Part shown: in pieces, positions 1 to 7,865 of the stretch | Numbering within the stretch: the first letter of the stretch is position 1 | Layout: each line of letters opens with the position of its first letter | Assembly: GCA_003221005.1 (NCBI GenBank) | Contig: QHTZ01000082.1 | Span: 46,487 to 90,596 of the forward strand | DNA length: 44,110 nucleotides | Source: Gemmatimonadota bacterium | GTDB lineage: Bacteria; Gemmatimonadota; Gemmatimonadetes; Gemmatimonadales; GWC2-71-9 | Direction: 5' to 3' | Position numbers and translations under genes: made by a program | The notes under the pieces: model-generated | Told to the model about the DNA's origin: nothing | The model's input: the letters and a program-made list of their open reading frames with translations, nothing else | Database searches by the model: none

Positions 1-195
1 GCCCTGCACGGCCGCGATTCGACGCTCGCCGCCGCCCTGGGCAGCGATTTGAAAGGCAAGGCATCGCTCGTGTTGTATGCGGCGGCCATCCCACTCGCCT
101 TCTGGCATCCCTGGATTGCCTGCGCGCTGTACGTGCTGGTGGCCGTCCTCTGGCTCATCCCCGACCGTCGCATTGAAGCCGTGCTCACCACGTAG
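1..195 (+). CDS. TMEM175/DUF1211 family membrane protein (3' part, truncated by the window edge)
   Basis: Frame 1 reads ...ALGSDLKGKASLVLYAAAIPLAFWHPWIACALYVLVAVLWLIPDRRIEAVLTT*. The KGK.S and WLIPDRRIE C-terminus are typical of this family. Not in the ORF track. Confidence 0.8.
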   Translation, partial: ALHGRDSTLAAALGSDLKGKASLVLYAAAIPLAFWHPWIACALYVLVAVLWLIPDRRIEAVLTT

Positions 196-204
196 GGGGC
201 CTCC

Positions 205-900
205 ATGTTCGTCGGCCATTACGGAGTGAGTTTCGTAGCGAAGCGGGCTGACAACACCATCCCGCTGTGGGTGCTCTTTATCGCCGTTCAGCTGCTCGAC
301 GTGTTCTGGAGCGGCTTCGTGTTGCTGGGCTTCGAGCAGGTCCGCATTGTGCCGGGATTCACCGCCTCGAATCCCCTCGACCTCTACTACATGCCCTACA
401 CGCACAGCCTCGTCGCGGCGCTGTTCTGGTCGGTTGCCGCGCACGTGGTGTACAAGGCCGTGCGGAGGTCCGGGGCGTCGAATCGCGCTGCGGCGCTCGT
501 CGCCCTCGCCGTGTTCTCACATTGGTTGCTGGACCTCATTGTGCATCGACCGGACCTGCCGCTGTACGATGACACGCTGAAAATGGGACTCGGGCTCTGG
601 AACTACCGCGTCCCGGCCTTTCTGCTCGAGGTCGCGATCCTGTTCGGCGGGATGCTGCTCTACCTGCGCTCCACGACCGCGACCACGCGCTTCGGGCGCT
701 GGGGATTCCCAGTGTTCGGTGTCCTAATGCTCGCGATCCAAGCCGGCGCGTTCTTCGGCCCTCCCCCCGGCGCGGAGTGGGTGGCCGCGGTCGAGGCGCT
801 CGTCTTATACATTGTTTTCGCCGCTATCGCGGGGTGGCTCGAGCGCGCGCGCCTGACCCGCGGTTTCGTCAGTCCCCTTCGGAGGCAGTCCTCAACATGA
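205..900 (+). CDS. Membrane-bound metal-dependent hydrolase-like protein (YdjM-like)
   Basis: Starts MFVGH; contains QLLD, PYTHSL and SHWLLD...H motifs and several hydrophobic helices; GGGGG SD-like run upstream. Confidence 0.7.
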   Translation: MFVGHYGVSFVAKRADNTIPLWVLFIAVQLLDVFWSGFVLLGFEQVRIVPGFTASNPLDLYYMPYTHSLVAALFWSVAAHVVYKAVRRSGASNRAAALVALAVFSHWLLDLIVHRPDLPLYDDTLKMGLGLWNYRVPAFLLEVAILFGGMLLYLRSTTATTRFGRWGFPVFGVLMLAIQAGAFFGPPPGAEWVAAVEALVLYIVFAAIAGWLERARLTRGFVSPLRRQSST

Positions 901-1541
901 AAGTCGCCATCCTCGGCTCTGGGACAGTCGGCCAAGCGCTCGGTCGCGCCTTCGCTGCCCTGGGCCACGACGTCAGGCTCGGCACCCGCAGGCCGGAAGA
1001 CGACAAGCTCAAACTGTGGGTCAGGGAGACCGGCTCCCGGGCCTCGGTGGCGAGCTTCGGCGAGGCCGCGAAGTTCGGCGAGCTCGCCGTGCTCGCGACC
1101 GCATGGTCCGGCACCGAAAACGCGATCAAGCTCGCAGACCCGAAGAACCTCGCGGGTAAGGTCGTCATCGACGTGACCAACCCCCTCAAGCACATGCCCA
1201 ACGGCCCGCCGGCGCTCGCCCTCGGCCACACCGACTCGGGCGGCGAGCAGGTGCAGCGCTGGCTTCCCGATGCGAAGGTCGTGAAGGCGTTCAACACCGT
1301 CGGCGCTCCCCAGATGTTCAAGCCAAACTTTCCGGGCGGCCCGCCGGACATGTTCATCGCGGGCAACGACGCCGGCGCGAGAAAGACCGTCGCCGACATC
1401 TGCAAAGCGTTCGGCTGGGGCGTGATCGATCTGGGCGGGATCGAGAGCGCGCGGTACCTGGAGCCCGTCGGGATGGCGTGGGTCGTGCACGGCTTCCGAT
1501 CGAATAGCTGGAATCACGCTTTCAAAATCCTGAGGAAGTGA
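897..1541 (+). CDS. NADPH-dependent F420 reductase-like / NADP oxidoreductase (F420_oxidored family)
   Basis: ATG at 897 (ATGA overlap with the upstream stop); Rossmann GSGTVG, VVIDVTNPL, DSGGE and VVKAFNT motifs. Confidence 0.88.
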   Translation: MKVAILGSGTVGQALGRAFAALGHDVRLGTRRPEDDKLKLWVRETGSRASVASFGEAAKFGELAVLATAWSGTENAIKLADPKNLAGKVVIDVTNPLKHMPNGPPALALGHTDSGGEQVQRWLPDAKVVKAFNTVGAPQMFKPNFPGGPPDMFIAGNDAGARKTVADICKAFGWGVIDLGGIESARYLEPVGMAWVVHGFRSNSWNHAFKILRK

Positions 1542-1572
1542 CAGGTGTGGCCCCTCTGAGAGGAGCATCCCG

Positions 1573-1992
1573 ATGCCGATGACCCACGTCAACGCCCTCG
1601 CCGCCCTCGTCGCCGCGGTGCTCACGATCGTGCTGGGCGCGGTGTGGTACTCCCCGGTGCTGTTCGCGAAGCAGTGGATGGCGGCACAAGGCCACACGCC
1701 GGAAGCGCTCGAGCAGATGAAGCGCAAGGGGATGGTCCGTGCCTACGCGGTCTCGTTTCTCTGCTACCTCGTGATGGCCCACGTCGTGGCGCTGCTGGCT
1801 TCCTACACGCAGGCCGCGACGTTCGCGCAAGGATTGTGGCTGGGCTTCCTGCTCTGGCTCGGCTTCGCGGCCACGATCGGCCTCACGAGCCACATGTTCT
1901 CTCTGAAGCCGATCGCGGCGTGGGTGATCGACGCCGGGTACCAGCTCGCATACCTCCTGATCATGGGCGTGGTTCTGGCCCTGTGGCGCTGA
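1573..1992 (+). CDS. DUF1761 family membrane protein
   Basis: GAVWYSPVLFAKQWM and IDAGYQL motifs, about 4 TM helices, GAGGAG SD. Confidence 0.85.
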   Translation: MPMTHVNALAALVAAVLTIVLGAVWYSPVLFAKQWMAAQGHTPEALEQMKRKGMVRAYAVSFLCYLVMAHVVALLASYTQAATFAQGLWLGFLLWLGFAATIGLTSHMFSLKPIAAWVIDAGYQLAYLLIMGVVLALWR

Positions 1993-2003
1993 CGCAAGGC
2001 CCC

Positions 2004-2354
2004 GTGCAGCAAGACTCCGGCATCACGGCGGTCGCTCACGCCATCCAGCTTTCAGTCGCGCCGGTGTTTCTCCTCTCCGGCATCGGCGCGATGCTTGCCG
2101 TGATGACGAACCGGCTGTCGCGCATCATCGACCGCGCCAGAGTGCTCGAGGCTCAGCTGTGCACCACCACGGCGCTCCTCGTCTGCGCCGTCATCGCGAC
2201 CGGATTCCTGCGCGCGGTCCTGTTGCGCTTCGACGCCTCGGTGACCGTGGCGATCCTGTTCATCGCGGCCATGGTCACATTCTTCGTGGGACTGGTCCTG
2301 TTTCTCCGCGAGATATTCGTCGCGACCGCGAATCTCCGGATCGGGCCCCGCTAA
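2004..2354 (+). CDS. DUF2721 family membrane protein, apparently with an in-frame internal deletion
   Basis: GTG at 2004; AIQLSVAPVFLL, TNRLSRIIDRAR and FLREIFVAT motifs. Only 116 aa; VLEAQL joins directly to CTTTALL. Confidence 0.75.
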   Translation: MQQDSGITAVAHAIQLSVAPVFLLSGIGAMLAVMTNRLSRIIDRARVLEAQLCTTTALLVCAVIATGFLRAVLLRFDASVTVAILFIAAMVTFFVGLVLFLREIFVATANLRIGPR

Positions 2355-2363
2355 TCGCGCCAC

Positions 2364-2888
2364 ATGCTGCCGCTCGACGCCGGTCCCTGCCAGATCCGCG
2401 CGTGGCGCCCGGGTGACCGCGCGGCGCTGGTGCGTCACGCGAACAACCGCAAGGTGTGGCGCATGCTGCGCGACCAATTCCCCCACCCCTACACCACGGC
2501 CGATGCCGACGCGTGGATCGCGGTCGCCGACGCCCAGAACCCGCTCACGTCGTTCGCGATCGTCGCGGATGGTGCCGCGGTCGGCGGTATCGGGATAGTG
2601 CTGCACACGGACATCCACCGCCGTACTGCGGAGCTGGGCTACTGGGTCGGCGAAGCGTTCTGGAACCGCGGCATCGCGACCGCGGCGGTGCGGGCGTTCA
2701 CGCCCTACGCTTTCGGGGCAGTCGACCTGCTCCGGATCTACGCCGGCGTCTTCTCCTCCAACCCCGCATCGATGCGCGTGCTGGAGAAGGCGGGGTACGT
2801 GCGCGAGGCAGTCCTGCGGCAGGCCGTTGTGAAGGATGGAGAGGTGCTGGACGAGATCCTATACGCGACGACGAAGGATCGCTGGTGA
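2364..2888 (+). CDS. GNAT N-acetyltransferase (RimJ/RimL-like)
   Basis: AELGYWVGEAFWNRGIAT and NPASMRVLEKAGY motifs. Confidence 0.92.
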   Translation: MLPLDAGPCQIRAWRPGDRAALVRHANNRKVWRMLRDQFPHPYTTADADAWIAVADAQNPLTSFAIVADGAAVGGIGIVLHTDIHRRTAELGYWVGEAFWNRGIATAAVRAFTPYAFGAVDLLRIYAGVFSSNPASMRVLEKAGYVREAVLRQAVVKDGEVLDEILYATTKDRW

Positions 2889-3868
2889 TCCGGATCCTCT
2901 CCCTCGACGGTGGAGGCATCCGCGGCATCATCCCCGCGATGCTGCTTGCCGAGCTGGAGCGGCGCAGCGGGCGCGCGACGTGCGATCTCTTCGACCTGAT
3001 CGCGGGCACCTCGACGGGCGGCCTCATCGCGCTCGCCCTCACCTGCCCCGGTTCGGACGGCCGCCCACGCTATGCGGCCCGCGAGCTCGTGGGGATCTAC
3101 GAGCGGGAAGGGCCGGTGATCTTCGCCCGGTCGCTGTGGCGCCGCATCGTCACGCTGTGTCACCTGCTCGGCCCCCAGTACTCGGCACGGGGCACGGAGC
3201 AGGTGCTCGCGCGCTATCTCGGCGATACGCGGCTCAAGGACGCGTTGCGGGACGTGCTCGTCCCGAGCTACGACATCGAGCGGCACGCGCCCTTCTTCTT
3301 CAAGAGCCGCGCGGCACGCGCACGGCCCCACTACGACTTCGCCCTGCGCGACATCGCCCGCGCCACCACGGCGGCGCCGACGTACTTCCCGCCCGCCCGG
3401 CTCACCGCGCCCGGGGAGAGCGGGAAGTACTACGCTCTGATCGACGGCGGCGTCGCCGCCGCAAATCCCGCACTGTGCGCCTTCGCGGAGGCAAAACGAT
3501 TCGATCCCGAGGCCGACGTGCTGCTCGTCTCCATCGGCACGGGCGAGCTCACGGAGCCGGTTCCGTACGCCCGCGCGCAACACTGGGGACTGATCGGATG
3601 GGCCCGCCCGGTGCTCCGCATCGTGCTCGATGGTCCCAACGAGGCCGTGGACTACCAGCTCAAGCAGCTGCTCCCCGACGCCCGACACGGGCCGCGACGC
3701 TACTACCGCTTTCAGGCGCCCCTCACCGAGCCCGAGGACGCCATCGACAACACGAGCCCCGAGAACATCCAGGCGCTCAAGGGCCTCGGCGACACGCTGA
3801 TCCACGACAACGCCGCGCTGCTGGACCGGCTGGCACGGCAACTGCTGCAAAACCCGCGTCCGTCTTGA
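2885..3868 (+). CDS. Patatin-like phospholipase
   Basis: GTG at 2885 (GTGA overlap); DGGGIRG, GTSTG nucleophile, AAPTYF and DGGV motifs. Confidence 0.93.
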   Translation: MIRILSLDGGGIRGIIPAMLLAELERRSGRATCDLFDLIAGTSTGGLIALALTCPGSDGRPRYAARELVGIYEREGPVIFARSLWRRIVTLCHLLGPQYSARGTEQVLARYLGDTRLKDALRDVLVPSYDIERHAPFFFKSRAARARPHYDFALRDIARATTAAPTYFPPARLTAPGESGKYYALIDGGVAAANPALCAFAEAKRFDPEADVLLVSIGTGELTEPVPYARAQHWGLIGWARPVLRIVLDGPNEAVDYQLKQLLPDARHGPRRYYRFQAPLTEPEDAIDNTSPENIQALKGLGDTLIHDNAALLDRLARQLLQNPRPS

Positions 3869-3879
3869 GGAACCGTACG

Positions 3880-4977
3880 ATGGCGACCCGCTGTGTCATG
3901 CTCTGCGCGCTCGTCCTGGCGGGGCAGGTTGGGACCGGGGCGGCGCAACAGGTGAGGGTGATTCACAAACCGGTCATCGCGCGCCTGCGCGGGGACTCGA
4001 CGCGCCCGCGCGTCCTGACGCGCATCTCGCCGGGCAAGACAGACACGCTCCGCGGACGGATCGACTCGCTGCGACTGCGGCCCGGGCAGGTGATCGCGGT
4101 GACGCTCGACACGACGAGCCCCGCGACGCTGCCGTTCCGCTACCTCAGCACCGACAGCGCGGCGGCCACGACGCTGTACCTCCGCCCCGCGGTCGAGATC
4201 GGCCTCGCGAGCCCCATCCGGTTCCTGCTGAACGGCGATCGCGTGAGCGTGACCCCGAGCGCGCTTTCGCTCAAGCACACGAACCTCCCGTTCGAGCGCG
4301 TGCGGCTCGCCGCCGCCTCGCCGGGCGAATCGGTGCGGGTGCACATCCGGCCAGGGTTCAACCCCCGCGGCGTGGACGTGTGGGTGCCGGTCGAGCGCCC
4401 GGCGATCGCGCTCGAGCCCGTGACGCCCACTGTCACGGGCCTCGGGCTCGCGGTAGCGATCGTGCACGTGACCCTGCCTCCCGAAGCGGGGACCACGCCC
4501 CGCGTGGTGCGGCTCACGGCCAAGCACGCGATCCCGGAGCCGAGCGAGCTGACCCTCGCGGGCGGGGAGACGCGCGACGCGAAGGTCCGCTCGGTCGGGA
4601 TCGGCACGGACACGCTCTACGCCCGCAGCGATCCGTTCCACTCGGACCGTGTCGTCATCGTGTATGGGTGGCCGGTCCGCTTCTTCGCGGCCGCGTTGTT
4701 GGGCGGTCTCTTGGGCAGCGTGGTGGCCGGCTATGGAGCGCGCCGCCGGGGCAAGGGCACTTCCCCTCCGGCCTACGGCGTCGGCGGTCTCGCGACCGGG
4801 CTGCTCGTGGCGATCGCGTTCGCCGTAGGCCTGAATCTCACCGGCCTCGAGATGGTGACGCAGTACGGCGAGGCCGTGGTTTTCGTGGTCGCGGCGCTGG
4901 GGGCGCTGCTCGGGCTTCCTGGCATCGGCAAGGCGGTCCCGGTGCTCGGGCGGGCACTCGAGGGGCGCGCGCGCTAG
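3880..4977 (+). CDS. Hypothetical protein: signal peptide, beta-rich exported region and about 3 C-terminal TM helices
   Basis: ATG at 3880 after GAGGA; N-terminus MATRCVMLCALVLAGQVGTGAA-QQ; Gly/Ala-rich hydrophobic helices after YGWP; fills the gap between patatin and deoC. Confidence 0.7.
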   Translation: MATRCVMLCALVLAGQVGTGAAQQVRVIHKPVIARLRGDSTRPRVLTRISPGKTDTLRGRIDSLRLRPGQVIAVTLDTTSPATLPFRYLSTDSAAATTLYLRPAVEIGLASPIRFLLNGDRVSVTPSALSLKHTNLPFERVRLAAASPGESVRVHIRPGFNPRGVDVWVPVERPAIALEPVTPTVTGLGLAVAIVHVTLPPEAGTTPRVVRLTAKHAIPEPSELTLAGGETRDAKVRSVGIGTDTLYARSDPFHSDRVVIVYGWPVRFFAAALLGGLLGSVVAGYGARRRGKGTSPPAYGVGGLATGLLVAIAFAVGLNLTGLEMVTQYGEAVVFVVAALGALLGLPGIGKAVPVLGRALEGRAR

Positions 4978-4989
4978 GGACGCGTGTCG

Positions 4990-4995
4990 TAGATT
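4990..4995 (+). promoter_or_regulatory. Putative -10 box (TAGATT) of a leaderless deoC transcript
   Basis: TAGATT, then CCCCCC, then ATG at 5002; no SD. Confidence 0.5.
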
Positions 4996-5001
4996 CCCCC
5001 C

Positions 5002-6036
5002 ATGAAGGTCACGCACCGCGAGACCCCGCTCGCGCACCGCCCGGGCGCCGCCCCCGAGGAGCGAACGCTGCGCGTGGCCGTGCGGGCCGATCGCCGCAAC
5101 CCCGGCGTCCCGTTCGACCTCGACTCCGTGCTGGCGCTGCGCGTCAATCGCAGCGCCGTGGAGCGGCGCGCGGCGACCCTCCCCACCCGCCGCACGGTCA
5201 AGAAAGAGTGGCAGGCGGCGTGGCTGTTGCGCGCCATCACTTGCCTGGACCTCACCACCCTCCAGGGCGACGACACGCCCGGTACCGTGCAACGACTCTG
5301 CGCGAAGGCGCGCCGTCCGGTGCGCGAGGATCTGCTGCGGGCGCTGGGCGGCGCCGATCTCGACGTCACGGTCGCCGCCGTGTGCGTGTATCACGCGCTG
5401 GTCCCGGCGGCGCTGCAGGCGCTCGAAGGCACGGACATCCCGGTCGCGGCGGTGTCTACCGGCTTCCCCGCCGGCCTCAGCCCGTTCGCGGAGCGGCTGC
5501 GCGAGATTCAGGCCTCACTCGCCGCCGGCGCGCGCGAGATCGACGTCGTCATCACGCGGGCCCACGTCCTCACGGGCGAGTGGGAGGCGCTGTACGACGA
5601 AGTGCGCGCCTTCCGCGAGGCGTGCGGCGACGCCCTGTTGAAGGTGATCCTCGCGACGGGCGAGCTCGCCACGCTCACCAACGTGGCGCGCGCGAGCCGC
5701 GTGGCGATGATGGCCGGCGCCGATTTCATCAAGACGTCCACCGGGAAAGAGCCGGTGAACGCCACGCTCCCCGTCGGCGTGGTGATGACGCGCGCCATCC
5801 GGACGTACCACGAGGAAACCGGTTGGTCCGTGGGCTTCAAGCCGGCGGGCGGGATTCGTACGGCGCGTACCGCGCTCGACTGGCTGATCCTCATGAAGGA
5901 AGAGCTGGGCGACCGCTGGCTCCGCGCCACGCTGTTCCGCATCGGGGCCTCGACACTCCTCACCGACATCGAGCGCCAGCTCGAGCACTTCGCCACCGGG
6001 CGGTACTCGGCCGCCTACCGACACCCGATGGTGTGA
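5002..6036 (+). CDS. deoC: Deoxyribose-phosphate aldolase (long type)
   Basis: DLTTLQGDDT, EIDVVI, DFIKTSTGKE (Schiff-base Lys), GFKPAGGIR and FRIGAS motifs. Confidence 0.96.
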   Translation: MKVTHRETPLAHRPGAAPEERTLRVAVRADRRNPGVPFDLDSVLALRVNRSAVERRAATLPTRRTVKKEWQAAWLLRAITCLDLTTLQGDDTPGTVQRLCAKARRPVREDLLRALGGADLDVTVAAVCVYHALVPAALQALEGTDIPVAAVSTGFPAGLSPFAERLREIQASLAAGAREIDVVITRAHVLTGEWEALYDEVRAFREACGDALLKVILATGELATLTNVARASRVAMMAGADFIKTSTGKEPVNATLPVGVVMTRAIRTYHEETGWSVGFKPAGGIRTARTALDWLILMKEELGDRWLRATLFRIGASTLLTDIERQLEHFATGRYSAAYRHPMV

Positions 6037-7865
6037 GCGTGTCCCGTCTCTCCCTGGCTCTGTTCGCGTTGCTCGGCACGGCACCGATCGCCGCGCAGGC
6101 TCCGACACCCGACACCTCAGTCGCAGCCGCGCAACGCTTCCTCGACGCCGCCGAACGCGAGCTTGCAATCAAGAGTGTGGCGGTGAACCGGGCGGGGTGG
6201 GTCGGCGAGAACTTCATCACGCACGACACCGAGCTCCTCAACGCGGAGGCGCAGGCCGACTTCGCCGCAGCGCTCAAACGGCTGGTGGACGGCGCGCGCC
6301 GCTTCGACGGGGCGGCGCTGCCGCCCGAGGTCAAGCGCCGGTTCCTCCTCCTCAAGCTTCAGCTCGCCGCGCCCGCGCCCCCCGATTCGAGCCAGGCTGC
6401 GGAGCTCGCGCGGCTGGCGGCAGGCCTCGACGCCGACTACGGCCGGGGGACGTACTGCAAGCCCGCGCCCGGGGGAAAGCCCGCGTGCCGCAACCTCGAC
6501 GACCTGGAGCGCGTGCTCGCCGATTCGCGCAATCCCGATTCGCTGCTCGATGCTTGGGTCGGCTGGCAGACGATCGGGGTCCCCATGCGGGACCGCTACA
6601 CCCGGTTTATGGCGCTCGCCAACGCAGGCGCTCGCGCCATGGGCTTCGCCGACGCGGGCGCGATGTGGCGCGCCGGCTACGACATGCCGCCCGACTCGTT
6701 CGTCGCGGTGGTGGACAAGCTGTGGCTCGACGTGCGCCCCCTCTACCTCCAGTTGCACGCCTACGTGCGACGCCGCCTCGTGGCGCGCTACGGCACCAGG
6801 CTTGTCCCGCCGACCGGCATGCTGCCGGTGCAGCTGACGGGGAACATGTGGGGGCAGGACTGGAGCAACATCGCCGACATCGCCATTCCCGCGGCAGCGG
6901 GGTCCGCCTCCGCCGTGCGCGGCGTGGATCTGACCGCGATCCTGAAGGCCCGGCACGTGACCCCGCACGACATGGTGCGCATGGGCGAGCGCTTCTACGC
7001 GTCGCTCGGCTTCGATTCACTCCCCGCGACGTTCTGGGAGCGCTCGCTCTTCGTCCGGCCGAAGGACCGGGACGTCGTGTGTCACGCGAGCGCGTGGTAC
7101 ATCGACGACCCCACCGACCTGCGCATCAAGATGTGTATCGAGCCGACGGAAGACGCCTTCCGCACGATCCATCACGAGCTGGGCCACGACTTTTACTTCC
7201 GGGCCTACAAGGACCAGCCGTTCCTGTACCAGGGCGGCGCCGACGACGGCTTCCACGAGGCGATCGGGGACGCGATCGCGCTCTCCGTCACGCCGCGCTA
7301 CCTGGTGCAGATCGGGCTGCTCGATGCGGAGCCGCCCCCGGCAGGCGACACGCTCCAGCTGCTGCGCCTGGCGCTCGACCACGTGGCGTTCCTCCCGTTC
7401 GGCATCACGATCGACAAGTGGCGCTGGGAAGTGTTCGCCGGGAAAGTGGCGCCGGGGGACTACACCAGGCGCTGGTGGGAGCTGCGGGGGTCCTACGGCG
7501 GCGTGATGCCGCCGCTGCCGCGCGGGCCGACCGATTTCGACCCGGGCGCCAAGTACCACGTCCCCGGTAACGTGCCGTACATGCGCTACTTCCTCGCACA
7601 GGTGCTCGAGTTCCAGTTCTACCGCAGCCTGTGCCGCGTCGCAGGCCACACGGGACCGCTGTACCGCTGCTCCTTCTACGGCAGCAAGGAAGCGGGGCAG
7701 CGCCTCGCCGCCATGCTCGCGCTCGGCGCGAGCCGCCCCTGGCCCGACGCGCTCGAGACGCTCACGGGCCAGCGCGAGATGGATGCGACCGCGTTCCTCG
7801 ACTACTTCCAGCCCCTCATGGTCTGGCTGCAACGCCAGAACCGGGGCGCGCCGGTGGGGTGGTGA
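6033..7865 (+). CDS. M2 family metallopeptidase (peptidyl-dipeptidase A / ACE-like), secreted
   Basis: GTG at 6033 (or 6039) followed by a signal peptide; GNMWGQDW, CHASAW, HHELGH (HExxH), GFHEAIGD, DPGAKYHV and PYMRYF motifs. Confidence 0.95.
   Translation: MSVSRLSLALFALLGTAPIAAQAPTPDTSVAAAQRFLDAAERELAIKSVAVNRAGWVGENFITHDTELLNAEAQADFAAALKRLVDGARRFDGAALPPEVKRRFLLLKLQLAAPAPPDSSQAAELARLAAGLDADYGRGTYCKPAPGGKPACRNLDDLERVLADSRNPDSLLDAWVGWQTIGVPMRDRYTRFMALANAGARAMGFADAGAMWRAGYDMPPDSFVAVVDKLWLDVRPLYLQLHAYVRRRLVARYGTRLVPPTGMLPVQLTGNMWGQDWSNIADIAIPAAAGSASAVRGVDLTAILKARHVTPHDMVRMGERFYASLGFDSLPATFWERSLFVRPKDRDVVCHASAWYIDDPTDLRIKMCIEPTEDAFRTIHHELGHDFYFRAYKDQPFLYQGGADDGFHEAIGDAIALSVTPRYLVQIGLLDAEPPPAGDTLQLLRLALDHVAFLPFGITIDKWRWEVFAGKVAPGDYTRRWWELRGSYGGVMPPLPRGPTDFDPGAKYHVPGNVPYMRYFLAQVLEFQFYRSLCRVAGHTGPLYRCSFYGSKEAGQRLAAMLALGASRPWPDALETLTGQREMDATAFLDYFQPLMVWLQRQNRGAPVGW

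Noticed and set aside
897-1541. Evidence for F420 metabolism
   Set aside because: This family is widespread in organisms without F420, and no cof/fbi genes are present here.
2885-3868. Patatin as a CBASS CapV-type anti-phage effector
   Set aside because: No CD-NTase, Cap2/Cap3 or other defence genes in the window; the context is housekeeping.
4380-7865. 1161-aa ORF suggesting a giant ACE fusion
   Set aside because: The first ~550 aa are an Arg/Gly-rich off-frame read of other genes; the real protein starts at about 6033 with a signal peptide.
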